This document shows positions 50,001 through 59,540 of a DNA stretch of 64,000 nt, one piece after another. This stretch comes from Candidatus Saganbacteria bacterium. GTDB taxonomy: Bacteria > Margulisbacteria > WOR-1 > XYC2-FULL-46-14 > WPAF01. Positions within the stretch are counted from its first letter, which is position 1, and every line of letters begins with the position of its first letter. Location: assembly GCA_016223205.1 (NCBI GenBank), contig JACRPM010000006.1, forward strand, positions 209,228 through 273,227. The letters are read 5' to 3'. Made by a program: the position numbers and the translations under genes. The notes below the pieces were generated by a model that was not told where the DNA came from, ran no database searches, and saw only the letters and a program-made list of their open reading frames with translations.

Positions 50001-51104
50001 GAGACCGGATTCCGGCTGGTTAATTCCCAGACCAATTCGATCGTGGCGACCATCGCCACGGCCAACACCACATCATATTCCGAGACCGGCCTTTCGCCCA
50101 ATACCGCTTATCAGAGGACGATAGCGGCTTATACCGATGCCAACAGTTCGACTCCCACAGCGGTCACGGTCTACACTCTGGCCTCGATCCCGGACGAAAT
50201 GGCGGCCACAGCGGCCGAGACCTCCCTGGCCATAACCTGGGCGGTTGGGGACGGGACAACCTATAAAATGGAGAGAGCGGCCGCATCAACCGGCCCCTGG
50301 ACCACGCTTTCCTCGACCCTCACCTCCAAATCTTATAGCGATACCGGATTGACTGCCGGAACGACCTATTGGTACCGCTGTTCCTCGGCCAATGCCGATG
50401 GGGTCTGGTCGGCGGCCAGCGAACCTTATAGTTTTACTACCAGCACTTCGGGGGTCACCAGGCAATCGCCCACCATTGGCGGCACCAAGTCGTCGGGAAC
50501 CGGCCTGGCCATTGCCAGCAACGACTATATGTCCTCCACCGGAGATCTGAAGCTCAATGTCTCGGACCTTAATACCGACGGCCGGATCACTTCGGTTGTG
50601 GTACAGGTCTTCAACAGTTCAGGAGTAGAGGTTAGAAGGGTGGAAAGTTCGGAAGTATTAGCCTCTTATTCTGTAGCGGCTTTGCCGGCGGGCACTTATA
50701 GGGTACTGATCACCGCAACCAGCATCTATGGCACCACTTCGGTCAAGGAATTGACCGGCCTGAAGGTGTCCGACAAATTGCAGGTTACCAGCGCGCTGGT
50801 GGCTTATCCCACCGCGGTCTTGCAGAGCTCGATTTTGGCGCAGGGACACACCGCGGTGCAGATGGCTTACCAGCTAAGCAAGAACGGAAACGTCAGCATG
50901 GTCATCTACAACACCGCCGGACAGGTGGTCTATCGGGGCGATTATACTCCGGGCTCGAACGGCGGCAGCGCCGGGCCCAATGTGGCGAGCTGGGACGGCT
51001 ACACCGTGGCGGGAGTAAAGGCGGCGAGAGGGTTATATATCGTGCAGTTGATCGACCGGGACGGAAAGGCGCTTCTAGGCAAGGTGGTCGTGCCGGTCCA
51101 CTGA
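47016..51104 (+). CDS. Very large secreted repeat protein (1362 aa): signal peptide, about 15 tandem ~60-aa propeller-blade-like repeats, FN3-like domains, C-terminal FlgD-Ig / T9SS-type sorting-domain-like tail
   Basis: Start ATG 47016 with SD aaacaggag, 2 bp after previous stop. Repeats carry D-G-S-G-G-A-h-h-A-W-x-D and h-Y-A/S-Q-R/K-h-x-x-x-G-x-x-x-W motifs. FN3 at ...SILWSWTDNANNETGFRL.... C-terminus ...ASWDGYTVAGVKAARGLYIVQLIDRDGKALLGKVVV. Confidence 0.75.
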   Translation: MKKFIWVLVIVSWSLVIVLPKAGEAVLARGMTAAGVTINNTQGVAAQQYPNIIADGAGNTIVAWHDYKSGIAALYAQSYDGSGNARWSPAAGVPICTVTNFFGTMIALDSNALAFHMVSDGSGGAIIAWNDYRTDGTTSHVYAQRINSSGVVQWTANGKLVCDAANGQSLNSMDIDGSGGALLAWTDLRNFVNGSDIYVQRIGGSDGASQWTINGVQVYDNTALGVGANRPSIINNGGGAIVTWDDNRASPSYYGIYAQKLNANGGAVAWAANGVAVQVNDTGSAVNPKIVTDNSGGAVIAWWDERVNPGASQYDVFSQRINASGEKVWTTQGVTLCLQSDYSDNSVDMAIVTDTVNGAIVSWPDMRNVGGGYRIYAQRVVANGGVSWTADGVAVNTLLNNDSSTRPRMVADGSGGAYIATSNYGSGGTLDIRVHRINSSGETPVGWADGKAVNDTATVDERNPRVAYDTINGVVVVVWMNQANDTRGDIWGQALSSGGAYGWGTTTGKELIATTGAATQRYPAVASDGAGGGVTVWEDQRSVDYYQIYSQRFNSSGSVLWAADGVRLDNTVQDNLRPSVCRTSDGYYIMAWTSGSTIYVQKVNSDGTAQWAAGGVAVASTFGSGFYYPVVASDGAGGVLLAYSVGVSGAVTKTSAKLGDRLWASAYLSDISEGELPDLNGILYAKGDGGGGGGGAGTFRVYYKRIASDGSIVTPYGGAVQNATSLGVLATTYHDAVNGEIQLWPSIAKVDSTNVVITWDDRRTVGSAAWYIYAQKVLIADGMRQWTDDAVAVTSPGGTVATYYPWIGSNGTDGTAVVAWMQSATNAAGYNYNILANKLSSAGALNWSSGINVAADGTLDEIRPKVAVDSSGNSFFVWQEGTWTSADTLNASTLHPNAPTMSNGAIYSQLVDSSGALSGAKFQVSSSAVNLNYEAPDVTTTSTAGTDIVVYDADIYAQSVTGVSVAVTPTAPTGFSGTAQSSSSILWSWTDNANNETGFRLVNSQTNSIVATIATANTTSYSETGLSPNTAYQRTIAAYTDANSSTPTAVTVYTLASIPDEMAATAAETSLAITWAVGDGTTYKMERAAASTGPWTTLSSTLTSKSYSDTGLTAGTTYWYRCSSANADGVWSAASEPYSFTTSTSGVTRQSPTIGGTKSSGTGLAIASNDYMSSTGDLKLNVSDLNTDGRITSVVVQVFNSSGVEVRRVESSEVLASYSVAALPAGTYRVLITATSIYGTTSVKELTGLKVSDKLQVTSALVAYPTAVLQSSILAQGHTAVQMAYQLSKNGNVSMVIYNTAGQVVYRGDYTPGSNGGSAGPNVASWDGYTVAGVKAARGLYIVQLIDRDGKALLGKVVVPVH

Positions 51105-53753
51105 TCAGGCGGTTTCGGCCCAGCTGGGCCCGGCTCCGATCGTGATCTTAACGGGGATGGAAAGAGGTAAAGCTTTTTCCATCCCTTCTTTTACTATCTG
51201 CTTAATGTTTTCTACTGCTTCTTGGGGAACTTCAAATACCAGTTCATCGTGAACCTGCAAGATCAATTTTGAATTTTGACTTTTTACTTTTGAATTTATA
51301 TTGATCATGGCTACTTTGATCATATCCGCCGCCGTTCCTTGCACGGGCGTGTTGATGGCGGTCCTTTCTGCAAATGATCTCAATCCGTAGTTAGGCGAGT
51401 TAATATCGGGCAGGGGCCTTTTCCTGCCCAAAAGCGTGGTCACGAAGCCGTTCTCCTTGGCTTCCTTGATGGTCTTATCGATAAAGGCCTTGACCCCGGC
51501 ATATTTTATAAAATAATCATCTATGAATTTGGCGGCTTCGGTCTTTTTGATCTTAAGCTGTTTGGCCAGGCCGAAATCCGATAGCCCGTAGATCACGCCG
51601 AAATTAACCGTTTTGGCCGCCGCGCGCGTTATACCCAACTCATCGGCCACGGCCTGGTGGATATCCACATCCTTCTCAAAGGCCTCTTTCATCCTGCTAT
51701 CGCCGGATAAGTGGGCCAAAATGCGCAGTTCGATCTGTGAATAATCCGCCGCCACGATCACGGAACCCGCTTTTTGCGGGACGAAAGCGGATCTTATCAA
51801 TTTGCCCAATTCCCCGCGGATGGGTATGTTCTGCATGTTGGGATTCGAAGATGAGAGCCGCCCGGTCGAGGTTATGGTCTGGTTGAAGCTGGCATGGATG
51901 CGGCCGGTTTTGGGATTAATTAAAGTGGGGAGGACCTCGATGTAGGTGGACATAAGCTTGCTAAGCTGGCGGTATGAGGCCAGCTTTTGCGCGATCTCGA
52001 ACTTTTCGGATAATTCCTCAAGCACGCTGGAGTCGGTCGAGGGCCCGGTTTTGGTCCGCTTTAAAACGGGTATTTTGAGCTTTTCGAACAGGATATAGCC
52101 CAGCTGTTTGGGCGAATTCAGATTAAAGGTTTCTCCTGCAATGGCGAAGATGTTTCGCTCAAGATCATTCATTTGCGTTTTTAAGGTCTTGGCCAGGTCA
52201 TTTAACTTGCCGCAATCGACATATACTCCGGTCATCTCCAGATCGATCAGGATCGGCAAAAGGGGCATTTCCACCTTATAAAAGAGGTCGCTTAATCCTT
52301 CTTCTTTAAGCTTTTCCTTAAAGATCTCATATAGACCAAAGGTGACCTCGGCATCAGTGCAGGCGTATTGGGTTGCGACGTCGAGAGGTATGTCGGCAAA
52401 ACAGCCCTCTTCTTCCATGATCTCGTTCAATTTAAGCATCTCGTGGCGCCCCAGGTAATGCGCGCCGGTTTTTTTGAGCCCGTACCCGCCGGAAATGGGG
52501 TCAAGCAGGTAAGCGGCTACCATGGTGTCGAAATGGGGTGGGGCGACTTCGATCCCGTTATTTTTCAGGACTTCAATATCGTACTTGAGGTTATGGCCGA
52601 TCTTGAGCTTATCTGATGCGAAAATGGAATGTAGGGGCGGCCCTTGTGGCCGCCCGAGATCGCGGGCGGCGAAGGGGACATAATAGGCCTCACCGCTGGC
52701 CACGGAAAACGAAATGCCCACTATCTTGGCTTCAAACACGTTCAGTGAGGTGGTTTCGCAGTCAAAGGCGAAAGTGTCGACGGCTTGGAGTTTCTCAATT
52801 AGGGCTTTTAGCTTTTCCGGGGTATCGACGCAGTGGAAATCGAACTTGCTTAATTCTTCTCTTTTCTTCTCAACCACCGACCCGCGGGTGAACCCCGCGG
52901 TTTGCTCCCGGTATTTCTTGACCAGCGAATCAAATTCCATCTTCTCAAAGAAAGCCACCGCTTTGTCCCAGTCGGTCTTATATTCCTGAAGGTCGGCTTC
53001 GATGGGCACATCAAGCACAATGGTCGCCAGCCGGCGGCTCATGAGGGCCAGGTCCTTTTCGTCTGTCAGCTTGGCTTTCAGCTTGGGTTTTTTTATGTCG
53101 CCGGTATGCTCAAGCAGATTATCCAGGGTTTTATATTCTTTCAGCAGTTCGGTGGCGGTCTTTTCTCCGATCCCCGGGACTCCGGGGATATTATCGGAAG
53201 CGTCTCCTTTTAGGGCTTTAAAGTCGATCAGCTGATCGGGATCCAATCCGTATCTCTCTTTCACCGCTTTTTCATCGTAGAGCACCGTGTCGCTGATGCC
53301 TTTCCTTAAGGTCAAAACCTTGATCTGTTTATTGACGAGCTGGAGGGGATCGAGGTCGCCGGAGACGATCTCAACATTCATCCCCTTATCTGCTGATTGC
53401 TTAGCCAGCGTGCCGATCACGTCATCCGCTTCAAATCCGACTTTCTCAAAAATGGGGATAGAAAAGGCCTCGGCAGCTTCCCGCACGTAAGGCAGCTGTT
53501 CGATGAGGGTAGGTGGGGCCTTGTCGCGGGTGGCTTTGTATTCTTTATATTCCTTATGGCGGAAAGTTGGCTCCTTGAGATCGAAAGCGATGGCGATATA
53601 ATCCGGTTTTTCTTCGAGCAATTTAAGCAGCATGGTGGTAAAGCCGTAAATGGCATTGCTAACCAGACCGGTTGAGGTCTTCATGGTATCCGGCAGGGCA
53701 TAAAAGGCCCGGTAGGCCAGGGAATTGCCGTCGATCAGCATTACTTTCTTCAC
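51105..53753 (-). CDS. polA: DNA polymerase I (5'-3' exonuclease, 3'-5' exonuclease and polymerase domains)
   Basis: Pol motifs DYSQIELR (A), RRAAKTVNFGVIYG (B), VHDEL (C); Exo I FAFDCETTS; N-terminal 5' nuclease GxxxxDD region. Confidence 0.9.
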   Translation of the reverse strand: MKKVMLIDGNSLAYRAFYALPDTMKTSTGLVSNAIYGFTTMLLKLLEEKPDYIAIAFDLKEPTFRHKEYKEYKATRDKAPPTLIEQLPYVREAAEAFSIPIFEKVGFEADDVIGTLAKQSADKGMNVEIVSGDLDPLQLVNKQIKVLTLRKGISDTVLYDEKAVKERYGLDPDQLIDFKALKGDASDNIPGVPGIGEKTATELLKEYKTLDNLLEHTGDIKKPKLKAKLTDEKDLALMSRRLATIVLDVPIEADLQEYKTDWDKAVAFFEKMEFDSLVKKYREQTAGFTRGSVVEKKREELSKFDFHCVDTPEKLKALIEKLQAVDTFAFDCETTSLNVFEAKIVGISFSVASGEAYYVPFAARDLGRPQGPPLHSIFASDKLKIGHNLKYDIEVLKNNGIEVAPPHFDTMVAAYLLDPISGGYGLKKTGAHYLGRHEMLKLNEIMEEEGCFADIPLDVATQYACTDAEVTFGLYEIFKEKLKEEGLSDLFYKVEMPLLPILIDLEMTGVYVDCGKLNDLAKTLKTQMNDLERNIFAIAGETFNLNSPKQLGYILFEKLKIPVLKRTKTGPSTDSSVLEELSEKFEIAQKLASYRQLSKLMSTYIEVLPTLINPKTGRIHASFNQTITSTGRLSSSNPNMQNIPIRGELGKLIRSAFVPQKAGSVIVAADYSQIELRILAHLSGDSRMKEAFEKDVDIHQAVADELGITRAAAKTVNFGVIYGLSDFGLAKQLKIKKTEAAKFIDDYFIKYAGVKAFIDKTIKEAKENGFVTTLLGRKRPLPDINSPNYGLRSFAERTAINTPVQGTAADMIKVAMININSKVKSQNSKLILQVHDELVFEVPQEAVENIKQIVKEGMEKALPLSIPVKITIGAGPSWAETA

Positions 53754-53767
53754 GGGCTAAATATAGC

Positions 53768-54982
53768 ATGAAATTTCAAACAAATAAATTGGATATAGAA
53801 AGGATGAGAATTGCAATTTTAACTAAGCCGCGAGGCGTTACCGTTCCTGACTTCCGACCGGTACCGGTTAGGCGCCAGTTGATCGAAGCGCGGGAAATAA
53901 ATATGTTACATCCTTTTGCCGCCTTAAGCCGTACCGATGATGTGTTGGATCGCCGTATTTATTTTGAACCGCTCGATCCCCACCGCACCCGCTTTGCACG
54001 TGACCGTGACCGAATTATACATGCTAAATATTTCATGCTCTCTACCGGCAAGACACAGGTTTTTCCGGTGGTGGATTGGGTTAAAATTGATGAAGGGGTG
54101 GAATGGAAGTATACACCCATTACCACCTCCCGCCTGTTTCATGCCCTGCGTATGGCACAACTGGGCAAGGCCTGCGGACGAGCGTTAAGATTAAATGAGG
54201 ATCTTATCGAAACCATTGCGCTCGCGCACGATATGGGCCATGTACCTTTTGGCCATGCCGGCGAGCGGGCCGTGCAGAATATCCAGAAGTTAAATCCAGA
54301 AACCGGGCTTCCGCGCTTCCGCCACGAGGTTAACAGCCTGCGGGTGGTCGACCAGCTGGAGAGAATAGACGGAGCCTATTATCAGGGATTAAACCTGACC
54401 TATGAGGTAAGGGATGGGATAGTAAACCATTGCGGAGAGAAACGCCTCCGGGTTCTTATTCCCCGGGAAGATGATGGATCATCTCTTTCTGGATCATGTG
54501 GGGAGGACATGCCGGTCACATTGGAAGGTTGCCTGGTACGGCTGATGGATTTTGTAGGCTACGCTCCGCAGGACTTCCATGACCTTAAAAGGGCCGGTCT
54601 GGTTGAATACTTGCCCGAAAGCATTCAAAAGATATTGGGGGTGAGCGCCCGCCAGATGTATGGCCGGCTGATCAAGGATATCATTACGCAGACATCGTTG
54701 GCCTTTTCCTCGGGATTAAAACAGATAGGATTAAGCATTGAGGTCTATCAAGCGCTCGAAGAGCTGATCAAATTCAACGGGGATGCTATTATGAAATTCC
54801 TCTCCCGACACGAGAAGGAAGTGCTTATCAAGCAGATCATCCGCCTTTACGAGAATTATGTGAAAAAGAATATCGGTCTGCAGGATTTTATTGATCATCT
54901 GACCGGTATAACCGATGCCCAGCTAAAAAACGAGATCGATGAAATGAACGCACCTCCGGATGGGGCCACGGTAGTAGGTTAG
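53768..54982 (+). CDS. HD-domain dGTP triphosphohydrolase-like protein
   Basis: RLFHALRMAQL...IALAHDMGHVPFGHAGE HD motif; start taken at MKFQTN (ATG 53768). ORF opening at 53672 would overlap the polA start. Confidence 0.7.
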   Translation: MKFQTNKLDIERMRIAILTKPRGVTVPDFRPVPVRRQLIEAREINMLHPFAALSRTDDVLDRRIYFEPLDPHRTRFARDRDRIIHAKYFMLSTGKTQVFPVVDWVKIDEGVEWKYTPITTSRLFHALRMAQLGKACGRALRLNEDLIETIALAHDMGHVPFGHAGERAVQNIQKLNPETGLPRFRHEVNSLRVVDQLERIDGAYYQGLNLTYEVRDGIVNHCGEKRLRVLIPREDDGSSLSGSCGEDMPVTLEGCLVRLMDFVGYAPQDFHDLKRAGLVEYLPESIQKILGVSARQMYGRLIKDIITQTSLAFSSGLKQIGLSIEVYQALEELIKFNGDAIMKFLSRHEKEVLIKQIIRLYENYVKKNIGLQDFIDHLTGITDAQLKNEIDEMNAPPDGATVVG

Positions 54983-55578
54983 GATTTCTCCCCAAGTTGG
55001 TAGCGGGTAAATCTGCGGACAACTATATTCTCGCCGATCTTGGCGGAAAGCTCGCCCCACAGGTCCTTGATGGTCTTTTTGGGGTCGCGGATATAGACCT
55101 GGTCCATCAGGCACATTTCGGAATAGAATTTTTCCATCCTGCCGGTAGTGATCTTTTCAATAGCTTTTTCGGGCTTGCCTTCCTGTTTAGCCTGGGCTTT
55201 TAGGATATCCAGTTCATGGTCGAGGATGCCCGCCGGCACTTCATCCCTGGTCAAATACTGGGGATTCTGCGCGGCGACCTGCAGGGCCAGCTCTTTGGTG
55301 AAGTTCTTGAAATCGTCCCCGCGGGCCACAAAATCGCTTTCGCAGTTAACTTCGAGCAGAACTCCGATCTTATCCCCGGGGTGGATGTAAGAGGCGACCA
55401 CACCTTGGGCCGCGACCCTTTCCGCTCTTTTAGCCAAAGAAGCCAATCCTTTTTGCCTTAATAGATCGGCGGCTTTTTCCATGTCGCCCTTCGCTTCGGT
55501 TAAGGCCTTTTTGCAGTCCATCATGCCACAGCCGGTCTTTTCCCTTAATTGCTGGATAATATCAGTGGAGATCTGCAC
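54979..55578 (-). CDS. tsf: Translation elongation factor Ts (short form)
   Basis: IIQQLREKTGCGMMDCKKALTEAKGDMEKAADLLRQKG UBA-like N-terminal signature; 199 aa. Confidence 0.85.
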   Translation of the reverse strand: MQISTDIIQQLREKTGCGMMDCKKALTEAKGDMEKAADLLRQKGLASLAKRAERVAAQGVVASYIHPGDKIGVLLEVNCESDFVARGDDFKNFTKELALQVAAQNPQYLTRDEVPAGILDHELDILKAQAKQEGKPEKAIEKITTGRMEKFYSEMCLMDQVYIRDPKKTIKDLWGELSAKIGENIVVRRFTRYQLGEKS

Positions 55579-56421
55579 TTAGAAGCCGATCCTTTCCTTG
55601 TCTTCCTCGGCCACCGGAAGCTTGGTGGCCAATTCCGCCAGCCGCTCTTCTTCGGTGAGCATGGTGGCTTCTTCCATGGTCTCGTCGCCGATCTCGATGG
55701 GCACCGCGATCTCGGGGGCGCGCTCTTCGATGGGCTTGGTGAGCTCGCGGCCCGCGATCGCCGCCTCGGCGATAATGCTGGTCAAAAGTTTGATCGAACG
55801 GATGGCGTCATCGTTGGCGGGGATGGGGAATTCAACTTCATCGGGATCGCAGTTGGTATCCACCACCGCGATAATGGGAATGCCGAGCTTTTTGGCTTCG
55901 GCGATGGCGGTGGTCTCTTTTTTGCTGTCGATGATAAAGATGACCGAGGGCGGGTTGGTCATCAGGCGGATCCCGCCCAGGCCCCGCATCAGATTGCGGT
56001 GCTCGCGTTTAAGATTGGCCACTTCCTTGCGGGGCAGTTTCTCAAAGAGCCCGTCGGCTTCGATCTTCTCGATCTCGTTAAGCCGGGCGATATTCTTCTT
56101 CAACGTCTTAAAATTGGTGAGGGTGCCGCCCAGCCAGCGGTCGTTGATGTAGAACATGCCGCTTCTTTTGGCTTCTTCCTCCACCGCTTCCTGGGCCTGC
56201 TTTTTGGTCCCCACAAAGAGCACCGAACCGTTCTGGGATACCGCGGTCCGGACATACTCAAAAGCCCGCTCGATGAGCGGGATGGTTTTATGCAGATCTA
56301 TCACGTGCAGGTTGTTGCGCGAAGAATAGATGTACTTACCCATCTTGGGGTTCCAGCGCTTGCTTTGGTGCCCGAAATGCACTCCCGCTTCGAGCAATTC
56401 TTTCATGGTAACTACCGGCAT
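55579..56421 (-). CDS. rpsB: 30S ribosomal protein S2
   Basis: [24 protein letters not shown] canonical N-terminus; 280 aa; directly upstream of tsf (1-bp gap). Confidence 0.9.
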   Translation of the reverse strand: MPVVTMKELLEAGVHFGHQSKRWNPKMGKYIYSSRNNLHVIDLHKTIPLIERAFEYVRTAVSQNGSVLFVGTKKQAQEAVEEEAKRSGMFYINDRWLGGTLTNFKTLKKNIARLNEIEKIEADGLFEKLPRKEVANLKREHRNLMRGLGGIRLMTNPPSVIFIIDSKKETTAIAEAKKLGIPIIAVVDTNCDPDEVEFPIPANDDAIRSIKLLTSIIAEAAIAGRELTKPIEERAPEIAVPIEIGDETMEEATMLTEEERLAELATKLPVAEEDKERIGF

Positions 56422-56460
56422 AATAAATAATTTTATCAGGTTTTATGCTAGAATGCAAGC

Positions 56461-57081
56461 GTGGGTATCAGGGAGAATATCGAGGAAATCAAAGCCAATT
56501 CCAAAGGGGCGCTTCTCCTGGCCGTCACCAAAAATGTGGACCTTCCGCAAATAATCGAAGCCATAGAAGCCGGCGTAACCGATATCGGCGAAAGCTATGT
56601 GCAGGAAGCTAAATCCAAGATCTCAATACTAAAATCCAAGTTCCCTAAGGTGCGCTTTCATCTGATAGGCCACCTGCAGACCAATAAAGTAAAGACCGCG
56701 TTAGAACTGTTTGATGTGATCCAATCGGTAGATTCTTTTCATCTGGCGGAGGAGATCAGCAAACGGGCGACAAAACCAGTTGAGATCTTCATCGAAGTCA
56801 ACACTTCGGGAGAAGAAAGCAAGTTTGGAATTGCGCCCGAAAAGGCCGTTGAACTGATCGGCCGGATCACCGGTTTGCCCAATCTCCGGATCTCCGGACT
56901 CATGACAATAGGCAATAGTACGCGCGAAGGATTTCGCCTCTTGCGAGAGCTCCGCGACCGGGCGGGAATAATGGGGTTGAAGCTTAGCATGGGCATGAGC
57001 CACGATTATGCTTTGGCAATTGAAGAAGGTTCTGATATAATACGAATAGGCGAGGGAATATTCGGACCAAGGAGGATATGA
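56461..57081 (+). CDS. yggS: YggS-family pyridoxal-phosphate homeostasis protein (PLPBP)
   Basis: LLAVTKNVD...AIEAGVTDIGESYVQEA, HLIGHLQTNKV motifs; 206 aa. Confidence 0.85.
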   Translation: MGIRENIEEIKANSKGALLLAVTKNVDLPQIIEAIEAGVTDIGESYVQEAKSKISILKSKFPKVRFHLIGHLQTNKVKTALELFDVIQSVDSFHLAEEISKRATKPVEIFIEVNTSGEESKFGIAPEKAVELIGRITGLPNLRISGLMTIGNSTREGFRLLRELRDRAGIMGLKLSMGMSHDYALAIEEGSDIIRIGEGIFGPRRI

Positions 57082-57554
57082 TGGAAAGTTTATTTAAGCG
57101 CGCCAAGGCCTTCATCGGGCTCGAAGAAGAAGGAGAGGGTGAGGGAGAAGAGCTGATCTCGACCCCGCAATCGTCCCGCCAGCTGGAGATCGCCTCCGTC
57201 CTGCGAGGTAAAAAAGAGGGCAAACGCGCCGCCCTGCCCGAAGGCGAATCCGACATCGTGGTCTATGAGCCCAAGGTCTACGAAGATTCCCTCAATATCT
57301 CCGCCAACCTGCGCGGGGGCTCCCCGGTCATCATCAACCTCAAACACCTGGAGCCCACCGAGGGCACCCGGCTGATCGATTTTGTCTGCGGCACCGCCTA
57401 CGCCATCGACGGCCACATGATGAAGATCGGGGATTCCATTTTCCTCTTTGCTCCCAAACAGATAAATATCATTGACGCCGAAGAAAAGTCCAACCTGGGG
57501 GAGGAGATAGGCGCCGTTGAGTCCAAGAGAGAATCGTTCTTTACACGCCGATAA
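57078..57554 (+). CDS. sepF: Cell division protein SepF
   Basis: VVYEPKVYEDSLNISANLRGGSPVIINLKHLEPTEGTRLIDFVCGTAYAIDGHMMKIGDSIFLFAP. Confidence 0.8.
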   Translation: MMESLFKRAKAFIGLEEEGEGEGEELISTPQSSRQLEIASVLRGKKEGKRAALPEGESDIVVYEPKVYEDSLNISANLRGGSPVIINLKHLEPTEGTRLIDFVCGTAYAIDGHMMKIGDSIFLFAPKQINIIDAEEKSNLGEEIGAVESKRESFFTRR

Positions 57555-58344
57555 ATTAGCTTTCATCGGGGCGGGGAAGATGGCCGAGGCCCTGATCGCC
57601 GGAATAATCAAAGCCAAAGTAGCCAGCCCTAAAGCGATCGCGGCTTCGGATATACTGCCTGCCCGGCTTAGCTATTTAAAAAAAACCTATAAGATCAATA
57701 CCGCTGCCGGCAATCAGAAGACGGCGGATAACGCGGATATCGTTATCCTGGCGGTAAAGCCGCAGGTCTTAGCCGAGGTTTGCAGCCAATTGCGGGTAAA
57801 AAATTCGGCTCTCATCGTCTCGATCGCCGCCGGAGTGGGGTTGGGCAAACTGCAGAACCTTTTCCCGGGAAACCCCGTGGTCAGGGTGATGCCCAATAAT
57901 CCGGCCCTGGTGGGGGCGGGGATCACGGCGGTCTCGGCCGGGGAGAGGGCGACCAAAGCAGACCTGGCCAAGGTTGATCGTATCTTCCGCTCGGTCGGCG
58001 AAGTGGTGGACGTCGAAGAAAAACTGATGGATGCGGTGACGGGGCTTTCGGGTTCCGGCCCGGCTTTCATTTACCTGATGGTTGAAGCTATGGTGGAAGC
58101 GGGAGAAAAACTGGGGATAAATAAGACCGTGGCGGAAAAGCTGGCGGTGACTACGGTTTTGGGCTCGGCCCAGACCCTGCTTAAGACCAAAAAGAGCCCC
58201 CGGGAACTGCGCGAGATGGTGACCTCGCCGGGAGGAACCACGCTTTCGGGCCTTAGGGTGCTCGAGGAGCGTCGGGCCGCCGAGGCGCTGATGGACGCGG
58301 TCATCATGGCGGCCAAAAGGGCCGCCGAATTAAGCCAATCTTGA
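57517..58344 (+). CDS. proC: Pyrroline-5-carboxylate reductase
   Basis: KLAFIGAGKMAEALIAG Rossmann motif; C-terminal P5CR dimerisation region SPGGTT. Start uncertain (ATG 57517 overlaps sepF by 38 bp). Confidence 0.8.
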   Translation: MSPRENRSLHADKLAFIGAGKMAEALIAGIIKAKVASPKAIAASDILPARLSYLKKTYKINTAAGNQKTADNADIVILAVKPQVLAEVCSQLRVKNSALIVSIAAGVGLGKLQNLFPGNPVVRVMPNNPALVGAGITAVSAGERATKADLAKVDRIFRSVGEVVDVEEKLMDAVTGLSGSGPAFIYLMVEAMVEAGEKLGINKTVAEKLAVTTVLGSAQTLLKTKKSPRELREMVTSPGGTTLSGLRVLEERRAAEALMDAVIMAAKRAAELSQS

Positions 58345-58598
58345 TCATACTAGTAAACGTACTTTTTTCGGTCTACTACCTGCTGATAATCATCAGGGGA
58401 TTTTTGCCGTACATCGGTTTTACGCGTTTCAAATGGCTGGTCGAACCGGTGATCCTATTGACCGACCCGGTTATAAAGCCGCTGCGGATGGGGATACCGC
58501 CGGATAAGCTGAATGGAGTGGACTTTGCGCCTTTTGTGGCCATCGTACTGCTCTGGCTTTTGCAAAGATGGATCATCTCACTTTTGGGAGGATTATAG
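58341..58598 (+). CDS. yggT: YggT family membrane protein
   Basis: 85 aa, two hydrophobic helices; ...DPVIKPLR...DFAPFVAIVLLWLLQ typical of the YggT/Ycf19 family. Confidence 0.65.
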   Translation: MIILVNVLFSVYYLLIIIRGFLPYIGFTRFKWLVEPVILLTDPVIKPLRMGIPPDKLNGVDFAPFVAIVLLWLLQRWIISLLGGL

Positions 58599-59525
58599 AT
58601 GAGCGTCCTGATCAGCGGAACTGTGGCCCTGGATTCGGTCGAGACCCCCTTCGGCAAAAAAGATAACATCCTGGGGGGCTCGGCGGTGCATGCCGCGGTA
58701 TCGGCCGGCTTTTTTACCCCGACTTCCATTGTCAGCATCGTGGGGGAAGATTTTCCCAAAGAGCACCTGGATTTTCTGGAAGATCGGAAGATCGACACCT
58801 CCGGCATCAAGAGGGTGAAAGGGCAGACCTTCAGGTGGAGCGGGTATTACGAATACGACATGAACCAGGCCCACACCCGCGATACTAAATTAAACGTCTT
58901 AACCGAGTTCGACCCAAAGCTCAATGACAGCCAAAAAAAGTCCGACTTTGTGTTCTTGGCCAACCTGGATCCCGAGATCCAGCTTAAGATCATCTCCGGG
59001 CTCAATAAGCCCAAATTCGTGGCGGCCGACACCATGGATTTTTGGATCAAAAGTTCGCGGGAAAAACTGCATGAGGTCATCCGCAAAGTGGATTTTATTT
59101 TGATGAACGAGAGCGAAGTGAGGATGTTCATGGAAACACCCAACCTGCCGCTCGCGGCCAAACGCCTGCTCGAGATGGGGACGCGCGCGGTCATCATCAA
59201 GCAGGGAGAGCACGGGGCCCTGCTTTTTACGCAGAATTTCCATTTTTCCGCGCCTTCTTATCCGCAGGAGGCCTTCCGTGATCCCACCGGAGCGGGAGAT
59301 TCCTTCGCGGGCGGCTTTATCGGCTATCTGGCCCGGACCGGGGACCTGTCGGACGGGAATTTAAGGAGAGCGGTGATCATGGGTTCGGTGATGGCTTCGT
59401 TCAATATCGAGGATTTCAGCTTAGACCGCATGCGGCGGCTTAAGATCCGCGAGATCATGGAAAGGTTCGAAGAGTTCCGCAAGTTCTCGGAGTTCGAGGC
59501 GCTCTCGGTAGCGCACTGGGTGTAA
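58599..59525 (+). CDS. PfkB-family carbohydrate/nucleoside kinase (ribokinase-like)
   Basis: DPTGAGDSFAGGFIGYL ATP/anion-hole motif near C-terminus; 308 aa. Confidence 0.8.
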   Translation: MSVLISGTVALDSVETPFGKKDNILGGSAVHAAVSAGFFTPTSIVSIVGEDFPKEHLDFLEDRKIDTSGIKRVKGQTFRWSGYYEYDMNQAHTRDTKLNVLTEFDPKLNDSQKKSDFVFLANLDPEIQLKIISGLNKPKFVAADTMDFWIKSSREKLHEVIRKVDFILMNESEVRMFMETPNLPLAAKRLLEMGTRAVIIKQGEHGALLFTQNFHFSAPSYPQEAFRDPTGAGDSFAGGFIGYLARTGDLSDGNLRRAVIMGSVMASFNIEDFSLDRMRRLKIREIMERFEEFRKFSEFEALSVAHWV

Positions 59526-59540
59526 CAAAGGAGTTGTAAA

